This document shows, piece after piece, positions 1 through 12,168 of a DNA stretch of 64,000 nt. The notes beneath the pieces were generated by a model, which was not told where the DNA came from, ran no database searches, and saw only the letters and a program-made list of their open reading frames with translations. Numbering within the stretch: the stretch's first letter is position 1; the number at the start of each line of letters is the position of its first letter. The stretch covers positions 25,944,436 through 26,008,435 of the forward strand of contig CM119263.1 in the NCBI GenBank assembly GCA_051294375.1. Direction: 5' to 3'. Source of the DNA: Paraspadella gotoi. Its lineage: Eukaryota; Animalia; Chaetognatha. Both the position numbers and the translations under genes were made by a program.

Positions 1-11
1 TCCAACGTCCG

Positions 12-1526
12 TTGAAGCCGAAAGAGATTTCGCTCATTGTATTCGGCGTCGTTCAAGAAACCTTCGGACTCTCAGTCTCTCTCTATTTCATTTACGTCAA
101 CGCCCTGAAATTATCCTCTTTGTTTCTCCTCTTCATTGTTCCTCTAATTCTTCGCGTCTTTACATTGACCGAGCTGAGATTCTTTTTGTCATTTTTACGC
201 CGACTGGCGATCTCCGGTGACCAAACCGTCTTGAAAAGGGAGGGCGCAGCAAATTCTTGGTTCCAATGGTGGATCAAAATTTTTTTTCCTCTGTTCATCT
301 TGGCTACGCGCTTCGCATACAATGACGACGTCTGTATTATTGGTCACATATCATGGGGAATAGGAATACTTGGTGTACGGTTGAATAGTTTTATGGATTT
401 TACCCTGGAAAAAAAAGAAGCCGTTGAAAATTCAACAAATCTGCTATGGTCAATGAGGACCGTTCATTTGAAACACAATTCTAATTGGAGCACGTTCATG
501 AAACAATTATTAAAATCGCTTCAGAGTGAGAAGTATTTAAGCAATTTGACATACTCGACGATAACTGAATCTTCCTACACTCTAATGCTTGGTAACCAAT
601 CTTTTTTGAATCCGTCTGCTGAAAGAATAGCGTTATTAATTTTTTTGGATGTTGCTACAGTTTTGTGCTACAAAACATTCATTTTGATTCATAACCACAA
701 AATTCGTACTTGGTTTTTAAAGTTAGAATCCTTTTGCTTCGTGAGCGCATTGGCATTTTTATATTTTCTACAAACGCTTCACGAAGGAGACAATTTGGAT
801 AAAGAAATCGTAATATTTGAAAAAATAGTCGCCAACTTTTTCCCATTATTTATTTGCGTAGTCGCCACCAGAGTGCTACAGATACTGATACAGCACATAA
901 TTGCAAAAAGATCTTGTCTCCCGTTGGTTGCCTTTTTAGTTATAGCGTGCGCCTCGTTGCCATTGACAACCTTTTGGGTTATTCGTGGACCCGAAATTAA
1001 GGGACAGATTGAATCAGTGATTAAAGGATTGTGTGGAGGTCATGGTGTATACTATGGACCCATTCCAGGATATGCCTGGAAAGACAAATTTTTATTATTC
1101 TACGGTTATGCTAAACTAAATTCGCGTTTCTTCTTTTATTTTCCCCTTGCATTTTTACCTTTATTAAATATAAGCTACGCTCTTGTAGTAAAAATACAAC
1201 AAAGTCGTCATAACTTGAACTTCACAATTTACATTTTTATCGTTTTAATATTTTATTGTTTTGTTTGGGCCTGTTTAAAGATCGGGGAAAAAAAAGTTCA
1301 TTTTCGTTCTAATATATCTTTTTGGTCGTTGTGGATTTTGGCATTTGTCTGTTGTGAGAGGGGAGACATGTATGATAATTGTTTAGAACTTTTCTTATGG
1401 TTAAATCAGACAAATAACTACAGAGAATATGTACAATATGCAGAACAGATTCAGACTAATTTTTATTATTTTCCAAGTCTAATTTTTTTAATAATCCCGT
1501 CATTAGTTTTGCTTACCCATGACTAA
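12..1526 (+). CDS. Intronless multi-pass membrane protein of unknown family, probably 5'-truncated by the window edge
   Basis: 504-codon stop-free frame in AT-rich DNA, open from the window start, with about 10-12 F/L/I/V-rich hydrophobic segments. No recognisable motif. Confidence 0.7.
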   Translation: MKPKEISLIVFGVVQETFGLSVSLYFIYVNALKLSSLFLLFIVPLILRVFTLTELRFFLSFLRRLAISGDQTVLKREGAANSWFQWWIKIFFPLFILATRFAYNDDVCIIGHISWGIGILGVRLNSFMDFTLEKKEAVENSTNLLWSMRTVHLKHNSNWSTFMKQLLKSLQSEKYLSNLTYSTITESSYTLMLGNQSFLNPSAERIALLIFLDVATVLCYKTFILIHNHKIRTWFLKLESFCFVSALAFLYFLQTLHEGDNLDKEIVIFEKIVANFFPLFICVVATRVLQILIQHIIAKRSCLPLVAFLVIACASLPLTTFWVIRGPEIKGQIESVIKGLCGGHGVYYGPIPGYAWKDKFLLFYGYAKLNSRFFFYFPLAFLPLLNISYALVVKIQQSRHNLNFTIYIFIVLIFYCFVWACLKIGEKKVHFRSNISFWSLWILAFVCCERGDMYDNCLELFLWLNQTNNYREYVQYAEQIQTNFYYFPSLIFLIIPSLVLLTHD

Positions 1527-1790
1527 AATTATTTCAGCATTTTTAATGTATGCAAAGTTCTTTAATCGTGCAAAGATTTCCAAAAGTTATAAAAAAAGTC
1601 GTTACGTAATAAACAATATTTTTTTTCTTTTTAAAAATGGATTTTTAAACGATTTCTTATGATTTTAATATCGTAATAGTAAAATAGATAATTTTTTTCG
1701 ATTAAATCTTTAACTTCATTTTTTCTCACTTGTGCTTTTTGGAAAATTATCATTTTGGCTGCCAAAATACAACCTATCATTTCAACTAAA

Positions 1791-1793
<3 letters not shown>

Positions 1794-1837
<44 letters not shown>

Positions 1838-1840
1838 TAC
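1794..1840. repeat. (CT)n/(CA)n microsatellite; many other (AG)n/(CT)n tracts, e.g. 37530-37618, 42411-42479, 42825-42930, 49040-49150, 57485-57575, 60206-60307, 61065-61155, 61335-61427
   Basis: Directly visible. Confidence 0.95.
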
Positions 1841-3472
1841 AAACACACCCTCTTCCTCTTAACCTTATTAAATTGTTTCTTTTATGTCAAAACTTATTTT
1901 ATTATTTATTATGCTCGAAAAACATATACGCTGTTTCTTATTAAAAATCGTTTGTGAACAAAAAGAACTTTTTCTCTTAAAATCTTCAACGCAATGAAAA
2001 GAAAGTTACCTCACAATGTCTAAAATATATTTTCTTTTTAATTTTTACTGTTTTAAAAAATCTAAAAAAATAAAATCCATTATTATAATTATCACGATGT
2101 AGGACTGAATTTTGTTTTAAAAAGGCGGAAGTTTTTAGTCGGATCTGCTTATCGTCGATTCTGATTCTATAATTCACTTTGTCGGTCCGTCTGTCCACCC
2201 CCACGATCTTGTTGGTAATTCACTTACTATCTAGGAAAAACGTATATGACATTTTTAATAAAAGATATCTACTCGAAAACTTATTTAATTAAAAAAAAAT
2301 AAGAACGTTTCCAAATCTATATTTAGTTTCCTTTCAGTAGCTTCCTTCTATTTTTTTGTAGGTAAAATCGTTTAGAAGTTACAGGCAAAAAAATATTGTT
2401 ACTTCAAATTAAAAATGGCTGAAAAAAATATATTTAAATTTCCACCATTTTTGGTATTTAGTTTTTTGTTTTTATTTTAAATAGAGTTAGTTATTTTTTA
2501 AATATTTTTTTAATTTGGCAATGCTAAAGGCCTTGCACCTCTTTTTGGTTCAAAAAAGTATTATTATAGCTCTCAGAAAACATTAATATCGGGGCTGCGC
2601 ACAATTGCTCTGTCATCTACCATGATGGAAAAAAAATAGTCGCGGTTTGGAAAAGTAGGTTAATTTCATTGTCAAATATATTTTTTGGCCGATAAATATG
2701 TTTTAAAATGTTATTTCTCAACCGCATAAAATTATTTAATGCATTCAACTACTTCCAAAAGAGGTTGCCTCCAACTGTTTTCACCTCTGACCAAGAGGTC
2801 TACTCACATTATTGTTAATATTATATCTCTGACATAATATTTTTATTAGATTTAGGACAAAAGATGATCCTTGGCAAGAAGTGAAAAAGATTGATCCACT
2901 ATAAAGTAAACCAGGCTTGAGTTATTGCTGCATAATGTGATGATGCATTGTCTTTCATTTTAACAAAATCTTGATTTTTCTTTTTCATGGACTTTTTTCA
3001 TATTTAGTTCTGAAAATACACCCACAGGTAAATAAAAATGATAACTTTGCTCATAGAAAGTTACCCGGAGCCTTATAATTTTTATTGATACTTTACAAAA
3101 TAAAAAGAATATTCTGGAGCATATACAGCATTAATGTATTTTATTTAATACCGCTCTTTTTGACATATGAATTAAGATTCATCCCTGAATCTATCCTAAT
3201 AAAGATGATGTAATAACCATTTGACATGAGACTGAGAAAAGTAAAAAAATTTTAAAAAAGTAAAAAAAAGAACCGGAAATTAGTATAAATGAAAAGTGGA
3301 GATATAAAAAAGACAAAAAAGAAAGAAGCATTTTTTTTGACAACTCATTTTCTTTTGCATGAAACTCTTGTATTTTTTACGTCGTACATAAATGAGACAC
3401 AGCTCATATGAATCACAAAAGGGCAAAATCTTTTGACATTTAAGTTTTATTTTCCGATTCTCACATTCTCAC

Positions 3473-3731
3473 CGTCGTCGTCCGTGTCGATGTCGACCTC
3501 GAATTTCTCCGGTAACTTGAGTCGATCCTCGTGGCGCCGCCAAGCCTCGACGCCGACATCGTCGCCGAGTCGCTCGTCGGCGTCGCGGTTGCGGCGCTCC
3601 TGCTCCAACTCTCCGTCCACGACGCGGGAGAGGAGTCGAGCGGCGGCGAGATCGAGGGAGTCTTTGGCGGATGAAGACGGGGGGAAGAGGAGGAGGGAAA
3701 GGAAGAGGGGGGAGAAGGGCAGGGGCGGCAT
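3473..3731 (-). CDS. First coding exon of a secreted, prohormone/neuropeptide-precursor-like protein (gene likely continues toward lower coordinates)
   Basis: GC-rich exon bounded by acceptor ttacag|GTC (3741) and donor G|gtgaga (3473). It encodes a signal-peptide-like MPPLPFSPLFLSLLLFPPSSSA, then an acidic segment with RR pairs. An upstream likely 5'UTR exon ends at 4388 (GCA|gtatgt). Confidence 0.55.
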
Positions 3732-4069
3732 GAAGGGTGACCTGTAATTTGAGAAAATTTTTTAGCATTAGAGTATCGACCTTTTTTTAAGTTTTTATAG
3801 TTTTTTTTAATTGTCATTAATAAAACAACAAAACATTTTAAAAAATTGTATCAATAACCTTTATCTAACTTTTAAATTAAAGCTCTATCAGAATCTATAA
3901 ACAAAAATTGAAAAATTAAAAATAAATTTTAAACTTTATATAGTAATAAAATATTCTTTAAATGCTTCCGTGCGCTTATCAATAAGATAAATTTAAAAAA
4001 TTATGTTCATTTTCATAACGTCACTTAACCATTATCTATTTGAGAGAACTTCTAGTTTTCAACCTGTGC

Positions 4070-4275
4070 CGGCCTAATACGCATAGCCCCCACACTGAGT
4101 GTGCACACATGTGGCCAGTGGGTCTGGAAGATTTTTCCGTCAATTACCTTGCTTTCCGGTACTTCAGATACGGCGGTAGGCTTGCTACCGGTGGTTTAAC
4201 CGACCCTGGCTAGAACTCGTGACCATTAATTAAGTTCGGAGATAAAGCGTTAGCCCAGTCCGCTATTACAGTCGT
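4070..4275 (-). mobile_element. tRNA-derived SINE-like fragment
   Basis: A-box-like TAGCGGACTGG and B-box-like GAGTTCTAGCC at tRNA spacing. No complete cloverleaf. Confidence 0.35.
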
Positions 4276-4550
4276 ATCCAACGGGTAGTGATATTACATC
4301 ACTACAGTATTTGATGTATAATTATATTCACAGATTAGTAATACGTAATTTAACTATAAGGATCAAGTTTCCTATATTTATACATACTGCTGAAGCCGCT
4401 GCCGCCGCTGAGTATGCCAAACTTTGCTGACGCTGACGTTCGTACACTTCCGACGATAACGCTGACGACAATGACGCCGACGATGGCGCACTCCCGCCTC
4501 GCGTCATCAATTAAAAACTCGATCCTTTTTTTTTTCGAGAGACTCGACGC

Positions 4551-4563
4551 CAAGATGGCGGCG
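4551..4563. promoter_or_regulatory. YY1-type motif CAAGATGGCGGCG in a GC-rich putative TSS region
   Basis: Matches the YY1 consensus, next to the 5' exon of the minus-strand secreted-protein gene. Confidence 0.3.
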
Positions 4564-5512
4564 AAGGCGGTGAATATGTGTGAGGCGGTGAACGGAAGAT
4601 GAACGAATGTGAGACGGTTAAAACTGAGAAGAGGCTAAGACGAGATTAAGGATGTAAATTCGATATTTTTTGGGTCGAAGTTCGAAGGAGGAAACAAGAG
4701 TTAAATTTCGGCGCCTGTCTTTGCCTCACGCTCGAGAGAGAGTTCGATTTCGACAGATCGAGCGACGGGAGGAGAGACGAAACCCCGCTCCTCGAGTCAT
4801 GGACGGATTGACGAAGGTTTGCATGAAGCATAATTTTGCTTTGGTTATAAATTATTATTTTGTTGGACCCCAACATTAAAATAATTTTCGGTTACATCGT
4901 CGGCGTTTTTAGCTATTGCTTATCTTTGCTTGTCTTCTTTTAATTGATTTTTACCCCCGATCAAACAAAGAGGTAAAAAAAATATTCAACATTCAACAAT
5001 CCCAGGGGGAATCTTATTTCGTGATAATGTGAATCACTCGCGCCATTGGTTGTCAAACTTTGATTGATTTCTAATTCCTCTGATGCCAGATGGCGCCACG
5101 GTTGTCCGTCTGTCGGTCTGGCTGGCTTTCGGTTTGATTGGCTGTTGCTTTCCCTGTCTGTCGCTTTTCCAGTCTGTTTATCTGACTGGAAGTTTGGCTG
5201 AAAAATGTACAATTGCGTATGTTTTGTGAGAAATCATCACAATGATAAATTGCTACACATAATGTTTAAATGATGTTTGGACTTTGAATTGAAGAAGAAA
5301 TGGAAAAGATTAAATGTGATTTTTGATATTCAAATTTTTTTCCCTAAAATAAAATGAAAATTTAATTCGGAAAAAAATTTACCCCCCCCCCAAAAAAAAA
5401 CTGGAAGAAAAAAACAAAACAAAAGAGATGAACAATGGGCACCAGCAAAAAGTATGTAGTCGGTCATAGCATAAGTTCAACCTGCCTATAAGCAATTAAG
5501 CATGACACCTTC

Positions 5513-5640
5513 AGTCGTGACCCAGTGGCTCATTGAGTAAAGCTACGTACCGATCCCGTTACGTACTGGGTTCAATCTCAACCCGGTACCTACCCTGATT
5601 GAAGCTTGAGAATGGCATAAGCCGCCTTGGTGGTGTGGAA
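5513..5640 (+). mobile_element. tRNA-derived SINE-like fragment (copy at ~17944-18065)
   Basis: A-box-like TGGCTCATTGAG and B-box-like GGTTCAATCTC. It marks the end of homology with the LRR gene intron. Confidence 0.35.
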
Positions 5641-5804
5641 AAATGAGAATTAGGCGCATTAGCTTAATATTTAGAACATATACGTATGTAAATGTTTTTT
5701 TTTCTCTTCTAATGGTTTTATGAATTTTTTTCTTTGTAATTTTTTCTTTTTTTTTTTCTTTCGTTTCTTTCTGTCTTTCATTTTTTTCTTATTTTTTTAC
5801 TTAC

Positions 5805-5987
5805 CTCAAAACCGTGAGGTTTTCTCCTCCACCGCCGCCGCTTCACCCAAGGCGGAAGGAGGCGCTGAAGGAGTAGATGGAGGGTAAGTCATGCAGCGGC
5901 GGCGGTTGAATCACGAGGTTGAACGAGAGGGAGAGAAATGTAAGGGAGTCGAGGCCGTAGAATGCCTCGTCGCCCACGGCGGAGATT
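5805..5987 (-). pseudogene. Duplicated LRR-gene exon 5 with a premature stop
   Basis: Paralogous to 42113-42346 (ISAVGDEAFYGLDSLTFLSLSFNL). Splice sites are kept, but there are internal deletions and CGA>TGA at 5843-5845. Confidence 0.85.
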
Positions 5988-7595
5988 CTAGTGTAAGGGG
6001 TGGGTAAGGAAATTAAATGCGTTCAAGAAATATTAAGGAGGATGGAGGTAGGCTCAATCTTATCATATCATCATCTATCATTAGTATCTTCTAAAAAAAT
6101 CTGGATCTATACCTATCTATTTTTCCAATCTATCTATCTCTCTCTCTTTCTCTCCTCTTTTAGTACATTGTTCAATTCTTTTTTTCAATTTTGTCACTTT
6201 CTAGTTTTCGCCTTTTTCAGGTATACATGGATAGCAGCATATTTTTTAGCAATTGCTGGTGCCTTTTGAATGAACGATTATATTTTCGAAATGAGCATTG
6301 TGCTAAATCTGTTGTATATTTCAAAAACGTATTAGGAAGTAACTAGAACTCCTGAATGCTTATAATGTGCATGTGACGATGTATGCTTTATTGTCATGAA
6401 ATACTAAAAAAACGCATATTCTATTGTATGTTAAATTGTTAAAATACGTATTTCCCGAGCTTAAGGGAGTTGTGAACATGAACTGCGCTTGTTTCAAAAG
6501 AACATTTTATGAATTTTTATTTCTCAGTTGGCTGTGCAATTAAAATTTCACAAAGATCTTTTTCCTTCTATTGTATTGAAGCAAACAGTTACAAATAAAT
6601 CATATTCAAATTACGTACATGAATTTAAATAATAATGTAATGGATGATTGGTAATATTACGCGACTTAGATGGGCCTTAAATTTTTATTTATAAGCGAGG
6701 CAACAATTCCGTTTAGGACAAAAACTTAAAGTCAAGATGGCAAATCAGACAAAAAATGATTACTCTGAACTTGTCGCATTTCTTCTGCAAAATAAAAATT
6801 CAAGTTTCAGCAAGGTAAACACTAAACATTAATGCGCAACAGGTTAAAAACTAGAAGATAACCGGTATACAGCGTGACCATTTGAAACCCGCCGCAAGAA
6901 AAAATTTCCTAAACTAAAATATGAAGAGATTTTAATATTTTGAAAAGAGATACTTAAAGACAAAACATACCCATTTTTTATGTATAAATTTTTTGATAAT
7001 TGATTTTGTCTGAGCAAAAAAAGATGAGGAGCAAATTCGAGCTTTTCAATAAAAAATAAAGGGAAATTCGTTACTTGGAATTCATTACTTTTTTAAGCAA
7101 TCATAATCTTACTAATTTGTATAAATATGGGCATTGCAAAAAAGCCCGTTAGAAATGTAGTCAGGAATATCAATTATAATATTATATTACAACTAAGGTA
7201 GTCATAATTATGTAGCTTATAAATTTGACTGGGCCTCAAAAAATCTTTTTTTATGCTCGGGAATTGAAAAATATCATAGTATACAGTTTTTCAAGGGCTT
7301 TCAGGCAATATCAACATTTTGAGCAAAAATTCAAATTTATGAAAACAATTTTAACTATTTGTTATATATTACTAAATATTCAAACGCTTGAGTGAGTTAA
7401 TACAAAAAAATAATTTAAAAAGTAATACATTAGTAGTAAACATCTATTTAGTGTTGAATATCTTTTACTGTGAAATTGTTAAATTCTTGTATGCTCAGTC
7501 GTATGGCCTGTACTAAATAGTAATGTATATAGAATTATAGATCATAATACAGTAAAATAATAAATTGCTAAATCGTTTCTTATCTTTCAACTCAG

Positions 7596-7845
7596 TTGAT
7601 CCTTCGTTGGGAAGATGGCACCAAACATAATAATATGCGTGATATCTTCATGAAATTGATAATCATTGGGTTTGTTATTCAATCTCTCATTGGCATTACC
7701 ATACAGCCTTACTTGATATTCAAATTGAAAGGAGTTGTGCGTAATTATGTGGCAATGGAATATATCTCGATATTCACGGGCTCCCTGACCCTGTTTTTTT
7801 GTTTGGAACTTGATCTCAAATATTTTTCAAATCGAATTAAGGTTG
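7596..7845 (+). pseudogene. Probable N-terminal (TM1-TM2) fragment of the nested 7TM receptor-like gene; noisy copy at ~22275-22530
   Basis: Two hydrophobic helices (IFMKLIIIGFVIQSLIGITIQPYLIF; YVAMEYISIFTGSLTLFF). The fragment lies in the duplicated LRR intron 4 and is cut off by a Helentron-type element. Confidence 0.45.
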
Positions 7846-7867
7846 GGCCAAGAGGAAGTATAAAGAT

Positions 7868-8640
7868 AACAAGATTGAGCAAACAATGTTGGATCTGCCT
7901 ACGATAATTAAGGGGTAATCAATAATCAGCTAATCAGATGATAAATCACGATAATTCTTTCAATTTTTGATCCTAAATGATCATAACAGATCGTACCATA
8001 CCAAACCAGTGGCTGCACCAATTCATGTAAATCGCTTACGATTAACTAAACGATTAACTAAACTATGGTAGTTGGTAGAGATATTTTTTAACTTGCATCA
8101 TTTTTTTAAACATTGCTCTATCTTTTTAACTCACTTAATTTTTTCAACTTGCATCATTTTTTCATTTGCATCAATTTTTCAACTCGAATCATTTTTTCAA
8201 CTATATATCATTTTTTTAACTTACATCATTTTTTAACTTACATCATTTTTTAACTTGCATAATTTTTTACTTGCATCATTTTTTAACTTGCATCATTTTT
8301 TTAACTTGCATCACTTTTTGAAAATGCATATCTTTTCATTTTAATTAATTAATTAACTAATTAAAACATTTATGAGTAAGCATAAATAAAAATTCAAGTG
8401 AACTTAACTTAATGAGTTAATTATTAAAGTGAAAAAAATATGCAATTTGATAAAGTATTCAAGTTAAAAATGATGCAAATTAAAAAAAATGATGCAAGTT
8501 GAAAAAAATTGTGCAAGTAAAAAATGAAGTAAGTTGAAAAAATGATTCAAGTTGAAAAAATGATCCAAATTCAAAAAATGATGCAAGTTAAAAAAATTAG
8601 GCAAGTTAAAAAAAATGGAGTTAGTTAAAAATGATGCCAG
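7868..8640 (+). mobile_element. Helentron-type non-autonomous element family A, 5' part with two inverted blocks of the 18-nt repeat (copy 22555-23322)
   Basis: Starts AACAAGATTGAGCAAACAATGTTGGATCTGCC. TTGCATCATTTTTT arrays (8090-8330) are followed by inverted AAAAATGATGCAAGTT arrays (8430-8640). Confidence 0.7.
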
Positions 8641-9998
8641 TTTGTTACGCCGGTCATGACAAGACACGATCGAGGCCGAGGGATTCGAGGACAGATGATA
8701 TCTGGCTGCTGACTCGCCCGTTTCCCGCGAAGAAAAATATTGAATGTAAAGATTTTTAACGTTAGAAACGTCGCGAGAGAGAGAGAATTGGTGCCTCTCG
8801 AAAACCCGCGGACGTTAAATGCTTTTAACTCATAGCGTTGGTGGTTTTTAACATTGCTTTAATTGGGGATGTCAGTCGTTTCGGTCGACGGGTGGATCAA
8901 GTTTTCGCTTGAAATCGATTTCTATATAAAATCCCATTGGTCGAAGCCTTTATAAAATATTAATAATATGGGTTAGATTCTGAAAGTGTCCAGGGTCGGC
9001 AGGCATCGAGGCTGGAGCCGAGCGGGAATTATTCATTTTTTCATGTATTTTAAAATGCATTTGAAGTTGACTGTTTTGACCCCTTTTCGTAACTTACGTA
9101 AACGTAAACCAGCTCGTTTCTTCAATAAGAAAGAACGGCAACTTCCATTTTTGACTTTTATATATGGAAAAGCCCATGGTTTTCTCTATCCATTTGAGCC
9201 TAAAAAAAAAGGTAAAAATTTCCAAGCTTGATTCTTGTTTTTGGTAATCAAATGAACTCCTTTTTTTAGCTCATTCCCAACGTCATGCCCACGAAAGGGA
9301 ATGGTCTATTTTGAATAATGGTTAGAAAGATACAGTGTTCCTCTACTCTCATTTTTAGTGGAGCGCCGAGGCTAATATTCTACGTAAATAAATCCGAAGA
9401 AAGCAAGACTGGGCTTTTTGTTTTTCGATAAACATTTTATATTTGGACCCGAACGACATTAATGACTCTACCGTGAAATCCTAATCCGAAAGCCATGCGC
9501 CTTGCGACGAGCAAACCGCGGCTTCATTCAGGAAGCAGGATTTTTGTGACTCGTTCGTTAATGAAAAACATCTTTCCGCTGAACTTTTTAAATAGACTAT
9601 TTTAATTATTTACGTAAAGTTTGTGTCATTTATCAAGTTTAGAATAAGTATTTAATAAAGTATTTCATAAAAATGAGCTGGTTCTTCCTTTGTTTTGAGC
9701 TCTTGGACTACGAGCTGCATCGGCGGAGGCATGTTCATTTGTTGTCAAAGAAGAAAGAGGACTGTGAGAACACGACCCTCGTCGATCAATGACTCATTAT
9801 TATGACCATGGCGCTCTGCTCACCAAGGAATCATGACAGTTAGATTTTCTTACATTTTTCTCGAAGCCTCAGCTCACAAAATTACGAGATGATGGGGAAA
9901 AATAAACTCACGACTCATATTAGAATTTGTAAACATTTCTTTCAAGTGGCTCTGGGTCTCAATACAAAGGGGAAACGCACAATTCCCTTATTAACCTG

Positions 9999-10353
9999 GG
10001 ACCGTTATTCCGGCCTAATGACTATTTTGGCCAAGGTTTTTCTTAGAATAACGGTAAGAGGAAAAGGAAACAAAACGAGAAACGGAAAGAGGATAATTTC
10101 TCAAAGAAAAAATTAAAGGAATCAGATATGTTAATTTTTCAAGAATTTGTTATTTATTGTTATTTATATTATATTTGGTAATATATTTAAGTTTTAATTA
10201 AATTAAAGTTAAAAAAAAGCATGAATAAAATTAAGTATAAGTGAGGAATAAGGGCTAAATAGGGTTAAGGATAAGTGGGTTAAGTGTAAGTTAGGTCGAG
10301 GGATTATTTAGGCGTTAGAGGTAAGTTAGGGTTTAGGCGGTAATGGTTACATC
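9999..10353. mobile_element. MITE-like element with GG..CC imperfect TIRs and TTAGG-like internal repeats
   Basis: Left end GGACCGTTATTCCGGCCTAA; reverse complement of the right end is GGATGTAACCATTACCGCCTAA. Confidence 0.35.
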
Positions 10354-11092
10354 CAAAGACTCGCAAAATTGTGATTACTTACTAACTTCGTCACAAGATC
10401 ATCGTTTGATCATTTTTCATTAGTGCTTGCGTCGTTCGGTTACTATTCCAGTCCTTTCGTCGAGTTCAGTATTTTTTAGTTTATTAATTTCTAATGTATA
10501 AATTTATACTTGATTTTTGTAGTGTTAAAAAATGATTTTAAAAGGGAATTAATTCCCTGTTTTTTGGTCACCCTCTTCTGTTCTCTCATCTTTTTTTGTT
10601 CTGCACTCTTACCTACTCATTTGACCCTGAAGAGAGTGTACCTGGTACTCACCATGTGAATTTTTTATCTAATTCATTACACGGAACATTGCCGTGGCTT
10701 CTCAAAGAAGATTTTTGATAATTATACCATTATTTTACTGTTTGAATATCTATATGCTTTTATTTTATTAAGGTACCCTTTTTAAACTTCTTCATTAAAC
10801 TCGAAGAGAAATAGACTATTTGATCGTTCGATCTGCTTCAAGCACCCAAATCATGTCTTTGGAAGCACCTCTGGACAACCCGGGGAGCATCACGACGGGG
10901 CTGAGGAGTATTCCTTGAATATTCCCTCCCCCTCTCCCCCCCCCTTCATCGAATTTCTCGGGGGCGTTTAGGAGGAGGACGGACCGGTCGGGTCCTAACA
11001 GTAAGTTTAGAATTCAGTATATGATAATTTAAATTAATGAAAAAGTTTGAAAAATTGCATCTTCAACAATGATTTTTATTTTTCAAACGAAA

Positions 11093-11137
11093 AACGGACA
11101 TTGTTTCGGTTTTACAATTCAAGCCTTCATCAGCGTT
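11093..11137 (-). ncRNA. Minimal type I hammerhead ribozyme motif in a Penelope-like terminal repeat
   Basis: AACG-CTGATGA-aggcttgaattgtaaaacc-GAAA-CAATG-TC-CGTT. Stem I is a perfect AACG/CGTT pair. Confidence 0.7.
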
Positions 11138-12168
11138 AAGTTTAGTTTGTAAAAATAATTGGCAAATTATGTGCAAACGAAAGATGAGAGAGAGAGGCAA
11201 AAAATGCTTCCCAGCACAAAGTTGAGGAAAGGATTATGGTCAGAATTGAGGACAGACCGAAGTTAGGACAGATTTGAGTGATTTTTGAAAAGAAGTGATT
11301 GACAATTTAACAATGTTTTTAGGTATTGATCTTAAAAGGAATGTGATATTTACTACTTTTTTTTGACTAATGACCAAATTATTATTTATAAGTGCAATAT
11401 AGTTAGCAAGCCCTCCTCAAGTAATAGCTTCTTAAATTTTTTGTAATAAAGTCTTGTAAATATTTACTAATAGCCATTGGTTTAATAAATAATTTCAAAA
11501 TTCTGTTATTGATAAATGTGTCTTAACACTATGATCAGATTCAGAGCTAAAAATATGCCGGTTTTTTCTTACTGTCTGTTATCTTAAGAAACTATTTAAA
11601 AGATTATGACATTAAATTATTGAAAAATATTTATTATATATTAAAAAATATTATAATCTAACAATTTTTTTATAAAAAATCGACTGAAACAATATTTTTA
11701 CCAAATTACTTTATGTAGACTTTATTTAACGAAAACTACGGTGTAATGCACTGTAGCTTGTTATTTATACCTTTTAGGGAAAAACAGTTTTGAATTGTGA
11801 AAACCGGGATTTTATTGACATATAAAGTAAATAAGTAATAAAATCGTTATCACAATTCATAAACGTGTTTTTCTTTAAAATTATAACAACAAATTAGAAA
11901 GTTTATAAACAATACCTTTTATTTTTTATATTAAGGTCATATCCTCTATCTACACTCAGACCACTTCGAAGATGACGCCTAACAACTTACAACATATTTA
12001 AAGAAGTATGATCAGTCTCAGCAACTTCTTAAGGAATTACTTTAGTATTTAAATGTTTATTTTTTATGCATTAATGAATACTTATTTAATTGTTATAATA
12101 ACTCAAAAAGTAATTAGATTTTTTTACGAATAATATGATTAATTACCTTGCGGAATCTAATGAGTTTT

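Noticed and set aside
5513-5590. tRNA genes at the A/B-box-like sites (also 4200-4275, 24080, 39950)
   Set aside because: No acceptor stem or cloverleaf can be formed; treated as SINE heads.
10250-10340. Interstitial telomeric repeats (TTAGGG/TTAGG-like; also 15780-15850)
   Set aside because: Few, degenerate units embedded in MITE-like elements; not a true array.
10625-10660. Additional hammerhead (CTGAAGA-GAGTGTACCTGGTACTC)
   Set aside because: A stem II-like hairpin is present but there is no GAAA or cleavage triplet.
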